Positions 52,696 through 61,453 of a stretch of DNA of 64,000 nt are shown one piece after another; within the stretch, counting starts at the first letter, position 1; the number at the start of each line of letters is the position of its first letter. The notes under the pieces are model-generated. The model made no database searches. It saw nothing but the letters and a program-made list of their open reading frames with translations, and was not told where the DNA came from. Position numbers and translations under genes: made by a program. The DNA comes from a virus. The stretch lies in IMG/VR virus record IMGVR_UViG_3300015360_003300, positions 7,550 through 71,549 of that record, one strand, 5' to 3'.

Positions 52696-53967
52696 ATGGC
52701 TACCGAACCACTGTATATCCCAGGAGTTGTTTTTCAAAAACCAGCTAATCCTCGTTCAGATGGAACAATGTCTGACATTGATGTTGGAATGTCGTTTGAT
52801 AGTAAAGGAAATATTCTTTTTAAAGACTCATATGTAACAAAATTTCTTAATAAAGAATCAATCTCACTTGCAGAACTTTACAGTCGTACTAAAGCCATTA
52901 CATATCGTGATGGCCAAATTTACTTTAAAGACGCATCATTACAACGTGAATATTCACTACAAGAAATCGTTAATAGTTGCTCGCAGTGGCGTCGTAATCT
53001 CATTGCAGGTTCTCTGTGGTGGTCTGGACGATCAGAAACAGATCATCGTAGTTGTGCAAACATTCCAAAAACTAATAATAGTAGTGATCAATTAAATGTT
53101 TATTGGTCAGTTGATAAATTTTTTACAGATACTACTGGAATTTCTATATGTGATGCAGTTAAACCTCTTTCATTCTATGAAAAAACAGTTAATCCAGACA
53201 CGGGTTCTTGGAAATGGTATGATGTACAAAACTTAGAAATTGTCGTTCCTCCAATTGAAGATACATACAAGCTCGCAATAATTATTGCTAAACTTGCATA
53301 TACACAAAGAAAAGGGACCGAACCTATTATTTTTCGCCTATATGATGCAACTGTTGGTGTTGAACTTGCAAGAGCAACAGTAGTCAACAATGGTTCTGAT
53401 TATGTTAATTACCCAGTTCCCCTTGTTTATGTTGGAAATATACCAGTAGCTAGTTTCACCGCAATTAACCTAGCAAAAAATAATCCAGCATCTATAGTTT
53501 GTGTAACAGACGAAGATTGTGGTTGTATTGATACAACATGTGTTGAAGGAGAAACTGCATGTTTAAATCCAAATATTTCATATGTTGATAAAAAATACGC
53601 ACCAAATTCACATCTTATAAAAGTTCAGTTTCATATTGCTAATTTTCACACAGATTATCATGATCGTTACTTTGGTAATGACCTTGATAACGTATCCGCT
53701 GCTATATCATCAATAAATACGATGATATTTGACGCATCACCCGTTAATAAATATATACACCATCAAGGAACAGCAACTTTCAATAAAGTAAATACTATTG
53801 ATGTAATATTTGAAAAACCACTATCCACTAGTAATTATTCTATTTCATTAAGTTGTAATAAAAATATTAATATATGGTACTCTAATAAGACAACTAAGGG
53901 ATTTACTTTAAATGCAGAACTTGAATTCCAGGGTTATGTTGACTGGACTATCATTAACATCACATAA
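52696..53967 (+). CDS. Tail structural protein, short paralogue of 46106..52687
   Basis: Shared N-terminal D..G.+.F.D motifs, shared central segments and C-terminal repeat domain. Confidence 0.65.
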   Translation: MATEPLYIPGVVFQKPANPRSDGTMSDIDVGMSFDSKGNILFKDSYVTKFLNKESISLAELYSRTKAITYRDGQIYFKDASLQREYSLQEIVNSCSQWRRNLIAGSLWWSGRSETDHRSCANIPKTNNSSDQLNVYWSVDKFFTDTTGISICDAVKPLSFYEKTVNPDTGSWKWYDVQNLEIVVPPIEDTYKLAIIIAKLAYTQRKGTEPIIFRLYDATVGVELARATVVNNGSDYVNYPVPLVYVGNIPVASFTAINLAKNNPASIVCVTDEDCGCIDTTCVEGETACLNPNISYVDKKYAPNSHLIKVQFHIANFHTDYHDRYFGNDLDNVSAAISSINTMIFDASPVNKYIHHQGTATFNKVNTIDVIFEKPLSTSNYSISLSCNKNINIWYSNKTTKGFTLNAELEFQGYVDWTIINIT

Positions 53968-53978
53968 ATACTATTACT

Positions 53979-54407
53979 ATGTCACAAGAACCATTCCAAA
54001 TAACTGAATGTCAGATAGGTCGTGTTGGTAACAAAATCACTTATGATGATGACGGTAGTATGATATTTACTGATCGCTTTGTCTCTCGCGTTAGGCTCAT
54101 TGATTTATTAAATGGTGGTAGTGGAGGTAGTTCATCATCATATACAAAAGAACTCCTTATTACAGACTGGATATTTGAGAGACATGATAATGTTTATGAT
54201 AGAGATTTTTGGAGTGCTAGTATTTATTATGCAGTAGTTGGTATAACGATCACAGACATAACAAAAATAATAGTTAATTCTAAATTGTATGTAAGTTCAA
54301 CAGTTTCAGAGAATATAGAATTTGAAGATATACTTATCATGAGTGATCATATAAAAATAGTAAGTACAGATAAGGTTCGTTGTTATATAAACATAAGTAC
54401 AACATGA
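53979..54407 (+). CDS. Small structural protein sharing the N-terminal motif of the two preceding genes
   Basis: YDDDGSMIFTD...RLIDLL then GGSGGSSSS linker. Confidence 0.6.
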   Translation: MSQEPFQITECQIGRVGNKITYDDDGSMIFTDRFVSRVRLIDLLNGGSGGSSSSYTKELLITDWIFERHDNVYDRDFWSASIYYAVVGITITDITKIIVNSKLYVSSTVSENIEFEDILIMSDHIKIVSTDKVRCYINISTT

Positions 54408-55903
54408 ATGCACTGAAGTATAAAATTTATAATGTAAAAACAGTAGGAACCGAAAACGATGTGTATTTGGGTAGAGCAACTATCCAAAGTTTTCGCCATT
54501 CTGATAAATCTTATTATTATTGGCACTTCAACAAGAATGTCAAAGATTCTTTTCTGTTTGCGAGCTTAACCGCCTCCAAAAATGTTCGTATCAAGCCACC
54601 AACCATAACCGAACCATTTGTACAATTAGATACACGGTTTTATAATTTTTATAATACAGATGAAAGTAATCCTTCAAAAATATTTGCAGGAACTTCTAAA
54701 ACTGGAGAAATACTGAGTGTATATTTCCGATCAATCTCAACCGATGGATCTCTTTTTTTAAAACAGACTAGAAATGATAAATTTATATGGAATGGTCAAA
54801 CAAATATTATTGATAATACAGTAACAGAAAGTTTGGGTGGAAATGGCGTATGTACAGATGGTGTCTTACGTGTATTATCGCCAGACTATCGTTTTAAAGA
54901 TAATACAGTAGATGCTCCAGTAGAACCAAAGTCAGTTTCGTTAATTAGAAATAAAATATTAGGTTCTTCCAGTAATATATCAATGGCACTGAAGAAAATA
55001 GCAGGAAGTAAATGTATAAAAATTAGGTCATATGATAATAAAATAAGAATTGATTTTGATAAAGTAAATTGTCCATGTGGAAACGTTATGTTTTCTAGTA
55101 GCAGTTCAAGTTCACAATCTAGTTCCTCTTCTAGTAGTAGTTCAAGTAGCTCGTCAAGTAGTAGTTCTAGTTCCTCTTCAAGTTCCTCATCAAGCGACTC
55201 TTCTAGTAGTTCATCTGATTATATATCACAGACATCTCAATCATCCTTATCTCAAATGAGTCAATCATCCTTATCTCAAATGAGTAATAACAATATTCCA
55301 TTCCCCGTATGCGACACAATTAACGCATATAGACCAGCCAAAGTAATTGGTGTTACATGTGGACTTGCCACTGATTATGATAATATATCTTTATCAGATA
55401 CTGGTGGATTGTGGACAGGAAATACAGGAAATATAACTATTTCTAGGGATCAAGATAATGGTAATTGGCATGTGCTACTTACAACAAACACATCTTATGT
55501 TTATGAAACTACAGTTCCTCCCGAATCTATTTCGTGTGCAACTGGTTGGATAACAGGTGTAGTTTCTCTTGACCTATTCAATACAAACTCGTCAAGTAGT
55601 AGTTCAAGTGATTTAAGTAATTCATCATTAAGTAACTCTTCTAGTAGTAGTAGTAATCTTGAAAATCTTTATAAACAATATTTCCAAAATTGTGATGGCC
55701 CAGCATGTACTAGTGAATATTATTGTTATTATGAAGTAATTGAAGAGTGGGTGTGTAGTTCGGTTTCGTCTAGCAATACATTATATTCATCAGTTAGTCA
55801 ATCATCACAGTCATCAAGTAGCCAGTCCTCAAGTAGTCAATCCAGTAACAATCCACCCGCTCCGTGTATTATGGCTTCTACAGTGGTTATTGTTTTTGGT
55901 TAA
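54404..55903 (+). CDS. Poly-serine, Cys-rich virion-associated protein
   Basis: ATG 54404 overlaps previous TGA; three Ser tracts; about a dozen Cys. Confidence 0.7.
   Translation: MNALKYKIYNVKTVGTENDVYLGRATIQSFRHSDKSYYYWHFNKNVKDSFLFASLTASKNVRIKPPTITEPFVQLDTRFYNFYNTDESNPSKIFAGTSKTGEILSVYFRSISTDGSLFLKQTRNDKFIWNGQTNIIDNTVTESLGGNGVCTDGVLRVLSPDYRFKDNTVDAPVEPKSVSLIRNKILGSSSNISMALKKIAGSKCIKIRSYDNKIRIDFDKVNCPCGNVMFSSSSSSSQSSSSSSSSSSSSSSSSSSSSSSSSSSDSSSSSSDYISQTSQSSLSQMSQSSLSQMSNNNIPFPVCDTINAYRPAKVIGVTCGLATDYDNISLSDTGGLWTGNTGNITISRDQDNGNWHVLLTTNTSYVYETTVPPESISCATGWITGVVSLDLFNTNSSSSSSSDLSNSSLSNSSSSSSNLENLYKQYFQNCDGPACTSEYYCYYEVIEEWVCSSVSSSNTLYSSVSQSSQSSSSQSSSSQSSNNPPAPCIMASTVVIVFG
55094..55216 (+). 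repeat. Poly-Ser coding tract (mixed TCN/AGT codons)
   Basis: About 40 codons, nearly all Ser. Confidence 0.85.
55237..55284 (+). repeat. Exact 24-bp tandem duplication
   Basis: TCAATCATCCTTATCTCAAATGAG x2 (QSSLSQMS x2). Confidence 0.95.
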
Positions 55904-56606
55904 TACCAAATTCCAATAGTAACCGTTTAAGGGTCGCTAACTGGGCCGAATAATTACGTTTGGCACCATCATCTTGGCTACTGTTAATATCTATTTCAAG
56001 TTTCTTATAAAGATTCTCAGCGATGTGTGCATTATAATCTTTTGTATCATACTTACATGCATTTTTCAGCGAATCTGAAATAGCTGCCCATTCTACAACT
56101 TCTTGAATACGATATTTAATTGACTTTTCCACAATTTTCATATTAAATATATATTCATCTCTTTTTATTTTAAGTCTCTTAATTTCAAATCCCAACTTAA
56201 TTGGATCTATGTCTATGGTATCGCTTTCAATTTTTCTTTCAGATGACGCAATAACATAATCCATTTCTTCAATATCAACCATTCCTCGCTCATACTTATA
56301 TATTTCAGATACCATCTGATTAAAATGTACTTCTGCTTCTTTTTTGCATTGCCAAAATTTTGAGTCTGGTGTTGGGAATTGTCCATCATTAAGAACTGAA
56401 CTTAATTTAATAACTAGTGGTCTATACTCTGGAACATCTGTATATGTTGATAATATAAATGATTGAGCAGCTGCAAGATTTTTAGCATCTGCTACGGTTA
56501 ATAGAGTAAGTTTATTTATTTGCTCAACGACACCTAATGCATTATGTTCAGCACCAACCATAAGTGCATTTGGTTCACGTTGTATGACCGCTAGTTTTGT
56601 ATCCAT
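55887..56606 (-). CDS. Hypothetical coiled-coil protein (FPTPDSKFWQC motif)
   Basis: 239-aa helical ORF; converges on and overlaps the poly-Ser gene by 17 nt. Confidence 0.7.
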   Translation of the reverse strand: MDTKLAVIQREPNALMVGAEHNALGVVEQINKLTLLTVADAKNLAAAQSFILSTYTDVPEYRPLVIKLSSVLNDGQFPTPDSKFWQCKKEAEVHFNQMVSEIYKYERGMVDIEEMDYVIASSERKIESDTIDIDPIKLGFEIKRLKIKRDEYIFNMKIVEKSIKYRIQEVVEWAAISDSLKNACKYDTKDYNAHIAENLYKKLEIDINSSQDDGAKRNYSAQLATLKRLLLEFGINQKQ

Positions 56607-57304
56607 TAAATTTTCTTCTTTTTATTTTTAGAGTGAAAAACAATTGGTACTAACTCTTTATTTTTCTTTGAATTTGATTTGATAGCACCTTGATTTTTTG
56701 CAAATGTTGCTGCTCTTTTAAGATTCTTTGTTTTCTTTGTTCGGAAAATCTTATCAGCAACCCCGAGCTTAATTGCTTCGCGTGGATCAAGCCATACATT
56801 AAATGGTTTAAGAAGTTGATCTTCAACAATATCAACGGAAAGTCCAGTACATTCTACATAATGATCAAGAATTCTCTGGTGTACATTCTTGAATTCTGGT
56901 TGTGCCGCAACCAGTTCTGCGTGATTTCCAGCTATGCCCCACGAATAACGATGGCTCATAATGGATGTCCGATCAGTAACTATGCGATGACCAGGCTCAC
57001 CGTTCATAAATATCATAAGAGCTGCTGATGCAATTTCTCCAAGTCCTGTTGTATGAACTGGTGTTTCGATAAAATCCATTATATCACAAATTTGCCATCC
57101 AGCATGTAATCCGCCCCCAGGTGAATTTATAATAAGTGTAATAGGCATTTGTTCGCCTTTAATCTTATTATTCATATCAAATAACATCATTTGTTTTGTG
57201 ACTTCATCCGCTAAATCTTGAGTTATTTCTCCCGTTACAAAAACAATATAACCCGATGGCGATGTTGTCTCTGGATCAATGGCTGGTGTTTCTGTATTTG
57301 ACAT
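56606..57304 (-). CDS. clpP: ClpP-like protease subunit
   Basis: VTGEI, LIINSPGG, I.D.M, G.IASAA (Ser), IMSH (His), EA...GVAD. Confidence 0.92.
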   Translation of the reverse strand: MSNTETPAIDPETTSPSGYIVFVTGEITQDLADEVTKQMMLFDMNNKIKGEQMPITLIINSPGGGLHAGWQICDIMDFIETPVHTTGLGEIASAALMIFMNGEPGHRIVTDRTSIMSHRYSWGIAGNHAELVAAQPEFKNVHQRILDHYVECTGLSVDIVEDQLLKPFNVWLDPREAIKLGVADKIFRTKKTKNLKRAATFAKNQGAIKSNSKKNKELVPIVFHSKNKKKKI

Positions 57305-57327
57305 ATTACCTTTTTCTTTGTAAGAGT

Positions 57328-57582
57328 TTAATTTCTAAAAAATCCCGGTGGAAGTGGTGGTGATCCGTGTGTTGGTGTGTCATCTCTAAATTTAAGTTCA
57401 TCGGGAATTTTTATAACAGATAGCTCTTTAAATTTTCCAGGCTCGCATTCTCTTGCTAAAAATGACGATCCACCACGAATTAGTAAGCAACCACACGAAC
57501 ACTCCACCCAATCAACCGAACTTGTTGATTCTATTACATCATCACAGTTTAAACATTTGGCTCTATTTTTATCGTAAAACAT
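57328..57582 (-). CDS. Small Zn-binding phage protein
   Basis: NRAKCLNCDDVIES...CSCG....GG..F.R. Confidence 0.75.
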   Translation of the reverse strand: MFYDKNRAKCLNCDDVIESTSSVDWVECSCGCLLIRGGSSFLARECEPGKFKELSVIKIPDELKFRDDTPTHGSPPLPPGFFRN

Positions 57583-58201
57583 TATTTACTCCAATAGTAG
57601 ATTCTATCATGTTTTTTAACTGTCTTTTAATATTTTGTTTCCAGTCTGGTGTCTTATCATCATTAATAATAGTAAAGTCCCAATATGAATCCAAATCAGG
57701 AAGCTGATTATCTGGTCCATCGTTAATAAATTTACCATCTGGTTTATAAACAAGAACCTTAATAAGTTTTGGTTTTATAAATTGTTTTTGTGTGTTTATT
57801 ATGTTAAAACATTCATCAAAACATAAATACTCACTAGGATATCTAAAATCCGACACTAAACCAATACGACATTCGCTTAACAATAATTCTTTATATAATG
57901 GAAACGCCCAAACATTTTGCCATATATCACGTGAACAACAACCCTCTTTAATAAGAATGTCTCTGATAGTTAAATTACCGTCCAAATGTACTGGTTTTGA
58001 TTTTTTATATATATCATCGCCCATCTTATTGAAGTCAAGACCATACTTTTCGGCAGTTTGTTCTTTTAATTTTTTGGCAAAGTAAGAAGATATATGTGAT
58101 ATATTTAGGCTATCTAATATATCTTTTATAATTTCTACCGACGAATCTTTTCCAGCTTGCTGGCGATGTCCAAATAAATATATATATTCCATTACATTCA
58201 T
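57569..58201 (-). CDS. Deoxynucleoside monophosphate kinase (T4 gp1-like)
   Basis: G....AGKDS P-loop, FA..LKE, R..L...G...R, SDFRYPSE, IIND. Confidence 0.82.
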   Translation of the reverse strand: MNVMEYIYLFGHRQQAGKDSSVEIIKDILDSLNISHISSYFAKKLKEQTAEKYGLDFNKMGDDIYKKSKPVHLDGNLTIRDILIKEGCCSRDIWQNVWAFPLYKELLLSECRIGLVSDFRYPSEYLCFDECFNIINTQKQFIKPKLIKVLVYKPDGKFINDGPDNQLPDLDSYWDFTIINDDKTPDWKQNIKRQLKNMIESTIGVNNVLR

Positions 58202-58217
58202 AATATCTCCTACAGAT

Positions 58218-58245
58218 ATTATATAATCAAATTTATTCTGGTCAA
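58218..58245 (-). promoter_or_regulatory. sigma70-like promoter TTGACC-N16-TATAAT overlapping a 9-bp hairpin over the kinase start
   Basis: Minus-strand boxes at 58245-58240 and 58223-58218; stem 58200-58208/58214-58222. Confidence 0.65.
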
Positions 58246-58254
58246 TAATATATT

Positions 58255-58437
58255 TTATTTATTATTTTGAAACAACCCATCACCAAGTTTCTTAATAGGT
58301 TCTCTTACTTCTTCTAACATATAAACAACATTACCAGTTTTATTACAGAATGGACAAATATGTGTAGCAGCACATCCTGTACGAACAATTCCGATGGTCT
58401 GTCTAGCACATGATGGGCACTTAAATGTTGTTTCCAT
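58255..58437 (-). CDS. Small zinc-ribbon protein
   Basis: CPSC...CPFC. Confidence 0.7.
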   Translation of the reverse strand: METTFKCPSCARQTIGIVRTGCAATHICPFCNKTGNVVYMLEEVREPIKKLGDGLFQNNK

Positions 58438-58442
58438 ATATC

Positions 58443-58450
58443 TATTTATA
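58443..58450 (-). promoter_or_regulatory. T4-type late promoter TATAAATA (minus strand)
   Basis: Exact consensus; 5-nt gap before ATG 58437. Confidence 0.6.
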
Positions 58451-58463
58451 CGTTATTTAATGA

Positions 58464-58997
58464 TTATTTTTTAACACTAGCGATTTCGTTTTGGTGTTGT
58501 GTAATTAACCAATTTGCCCTTGCTAGTTTCTCTTGTTTCTTTTGTTCAATACGAGTTTTCTCGCGGTCTAATTTGCGATCAAATTTACTTAGATAATTTT
58601 TCTTTTCATTTTGTTGAACATTTGTATCATATCTGTTCATAGACTGTGGAAGAGATATATTTGTATTACCAAGTTGCTGTTGGCGTGCATTTCTTGATGC
58701 TGTTATCTCTTCTTGTTTTTCTTTTGGAATACCAAGTTCATCATATGTAAACCCAGTAGGCAATCCATATTCGTCAAGAATACCATTTTTAATTTGTTGT
58801 TGTATGGCTAGTTTATTTTCCAACTGCTCTTGTGGAGTATCGGTCATGTTAGCATTTGTACCCATCCAAAAAAATTTAGATTCATCAACATCAATTTCTT
58901 CAATCTCTGAAAAATTAGAGTCGCCCCAAACATGGGGCGACTCTTTCATTTTATCAATCTGTGTCTCTTGTTGAGACTGGAAAGGTACGGTAGACAT
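58464..58997 (-). CDS. Hypothetical protein (Q/E/K-rich)
   Basis: 177-aa ORF with AAGGAG SD. Confidence 0.7.
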   Translation of the reverse strand: MSTVPFQSQQETQIDKMKESPHVWGDSNFSEIEEIDVDESKFFWMGTNANMTDTPQEQLENKLAIQQQIKNGILDEYGLPTGFTYDELGIPKEKQEEITASRNARQQQLGNTNISLPQSMNRYDTNVQQNEKKNYLSKFDRKLDREKTRIEQKKQEKLARANWLITQHQNEIASVKK

Positions 58998-59005
58998 AAT
59001 TCTCC

Positions 59006-60064
59006 TTAGATGATATCGCCAGCCCCAATATCCTTAAAGATATAACACAGGTTCTTACAATATGCATATATATTATCATACTTTTCAATAATTTTTACTA
59101 TTTTTACAGTTTTATATATTGCCATACCAGTGCTTTCATCAAATCCTACTACTTCGTTGATGTCGCTGATACCGATGCCGTTTTTAGCATATACGAGGTA
59201 ATTACGAATAAAGATAATACCTTCAATAGTCCGAAGAAGCTTTTTAGCAAGAATATTAGCCCTAACGGTAGGATTCGTTGAGGACGCATCATATGCATAC
59301 CACAAAAACTTTGGATTTGATTTAGATGCTTCATCTTCTGGTTCGGTTTTCTTTCCGCTTGTCTTTTTCAATTCGTCCTTGATAGTGCGAATTTGATCAT
59401 AAAGAGAACTCAAATTTTTAGGGATTAATTCCAAATCATCACCAATGATATCTTCAGAGCCGCCAATAAAATAAATATAGTCGTAACTTTCTGCGCAGTC
59501 CCCTAGAATTTGGACTACATATCGAACCGAGATAGGATCGTGTTGCCATGTTTTAGAGACATATCCCTTTTCGATAAGTTTCGTAATTTGATCACCACAC
59601 GGCATGTGTTTATTATCAACAATACGTTTATTAGTCCCGTACCATTTCATATTAGAAAACAGTGCCGTCAACATTTCATCAGGACGCGACCTCAAAATCT
59701 GTTCCGTAGTACATACTGCCCTTCCCTTCAACCAGTTATAGCTATTTGATGACATATGTTGTGGTGTGGCTAAGCCTCTAGCCAACGGAGTTAAGCCTGT
59801 CATCCACGCACAAGCCATAGACAAATCAACATCCTTTTTATCCAATCTATTCTTTTCATAATCTTCAATTATAGGATATAACATTAATGCGTTGATGGGT
59901 GACCAAACATGTGGGGTGGAAATACCATTAATTTTTTCAATACGTCCAGAAGCTGGGTTGGTATCAATTAATGTAACTCCCATATTAGCAACTTTAAAAG
60001 AATTAAGATCCTTCACTGGTACAGGCATGATGTTGGTGAATACAGAAGAGATATCGTTGCTCAT
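59006..60064 (-). CDS. Hypothetical protein downstream of the MoxR ATPase
   Basis: 352-aa ORF with AAGGA SD. Confidence 0.75.
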   Translation of the reverse strand: MSNDISSVFTNIMPVPVKDLNSFKVANMGVTLIDTNPASGRIEKINGISTPHVWSPINALMLYPIIEDYEKNRLDKKDVDLSMACAWMTGLTPLARGLATPQHMSSNSYNWLKGRAVCTTEQILRSRPDEMLTALFSNMKWYGTNKRIVDNKHMPCGDQITKLIEKGYVSKTWQHDPISVRYVVQILGDCAESYDYIYFIGGSEDIIGDDLELIPKNLSSLYDQIRTIKDELKKTSGKKTEPEDEASKSNPKFLWYAYDASSTNPTVRANILAKKLLRTIEGIIFIRNYLVYAKNGIGISDINEVVGFDESTGMAIYKTVKIVKIIEKYDNIYAYCKNLCYIFKDIGAGDII

Positions 60065-60073
60065 ATGTTTCCT

Positions 60074-61273
60074 TTATACAGTACGGTTGTCGGCATCAGC
60101 TGCCCACGGTGAAATTGAATCTGCTGGGATAATACCATGTGCTCGCAGAAAGTTTGTTAATAAGATATTGATGTTTGCATCTTGCATTATTGCACGTTTC
60201 ATGTCAGGATTTGCCATAAACACAGCAGCACTCGCATCGCTGGGAATAATGCCAATTTTAAAGAACTTAATCATCCAAGTCACATCAACAGCACTAATTT
60301 TATCCTTTCTATCCTTAATATAAGTCTTGATAATATCAAGTGTTTTGGATAAGATGTCTGTACGGTGTGTGATTTGTTCATCAATGATTGTTGTTAGAGC
60401 TAATTCAATATCTTGTTTGTTATTATCAAAATCTTGTAGCATTTCCAAAGTTATTGACATATCTTTTGATTGATACTCTGCCAACCACTCATCACGAAAC
60501 GCTGCCCCAAGATATGCGTCAATAACATAACTGCCATGGTTCTTAATCCAACTGTGACCTTTTTTACCGATAATACCCATTACATTAAAGATTGATCTAC
60601 GTGAAGGCTTAACATCAAATCCCAAGTCAAAGTCAGGAATCTTAGTATAACTAGGCTGGTTCTGTACGACTTTAACTGTAGTCTTGTCAACCTCATTTCT
60701 TTTGAGAAAGTTGACATATTCTGTATGAGTTGGTTTGAATACAACATGTGCCATACGATTAAGAAGTGCTTCGTCTGTTAGTTCATTCACTTCATATTTT
60801 TCATTGGCTGGATTAGCGGCGGCAATAACAGCATCCTCTGGCCCAATATGGTGAGCATGTAGCACACCTTCAATAAGAAATGGCAACATAGCAGCCAGAA
60901 CAAAACGGTTGCCACGATTGAACTCGTCTAAGAAAAATAGATTAGGCTTTCCCGTCTTTTTATACGACTCGTTGGCATTATGAAGCCATTGTGGACATGC
61001 CCAAATTTGTATCGTATCGTTAGATCCGTCTGGAAGCTGATACTCAACTTTTGTTGGAATACCGATAAGATCACAAATATCTTGCATAGCAAGATGAAGA
61101 ACTACAAGATTATATCCCATTTCGTCGGCAATTTGCTCAACTAACTGTGTCTTTCCTGTTCCGTGAATTCCCCATATGCATACAGGTAACTTATATTTTG
61201 ATTTTTTACTTGCATCAATTGAAAATTTCACTACTTCTGTGATTTGTTGGATATTCATTTCTTGACTAGGCAT
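60074..61273 (-). CDS. MoxR-like AAA+ ATPase
   Basis: WGIHGTGKT, DLIGIP, P.W, LFFLDEFNR, IAAANP, DEALLNR, PSRRS. Confidence 0.92.
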   Translation of the reverse strand: MPSQEMNIQQITEVVKFSIDASKKSKYKLPVCIWGIHGTGKTQLVEQIADEMGYNLVVLHLAMQDICDLIGIPTKVEYQLPDGSNDTIQIWACPQWLHNANESYKKTGKPNLFFLDEFNRGNRFVLAAMLPFLIEGVLHAHHIGPEDAVIAAANPANEKYEVNELTDEALLNRMAHVVFKPTHTEYVNFLKRNEVDKTTVKVVQNQPSYTKIPDFDLGFDVKPSRRSIFNVMGIIGKKGHSWIKNHGSYVIDAYLGAAFRDEWLAEYQSKDMSITLEMLQDFDNNKQDIELALTTIIDEQITHRTDILSKTLDIIKTYIKDRKDKISAVDVTWMIKFFKIGIIPSDASAAVFMANPDMKRAIMQDANINILLTNFLRAHGIIPADSISPWAADADNRTV

Positions 61274-61453
61274 GTTATTGTGTCCTTATATCTTATGATA
61301 ACGTTGTTTTAATAATTACAAAATGGTTAACTGATTTATTGTGTTTAGTGTGTAACACATTATTCGTCTATTCTTCGTCTTGGTTTATAACTTGGAACCC
61401 TCTTTCTATAAATGTTTGTGATGTGTGTGAGTTACCTCTTGATAAAAAAATGA

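Noticed and set aside
31141-53967. Diversity-generating retroelement behind the repeated tail domains
   Set aside because: Copies are similar only at protein level; no near-identical TR/VR pair and no reverse transcriptase seen
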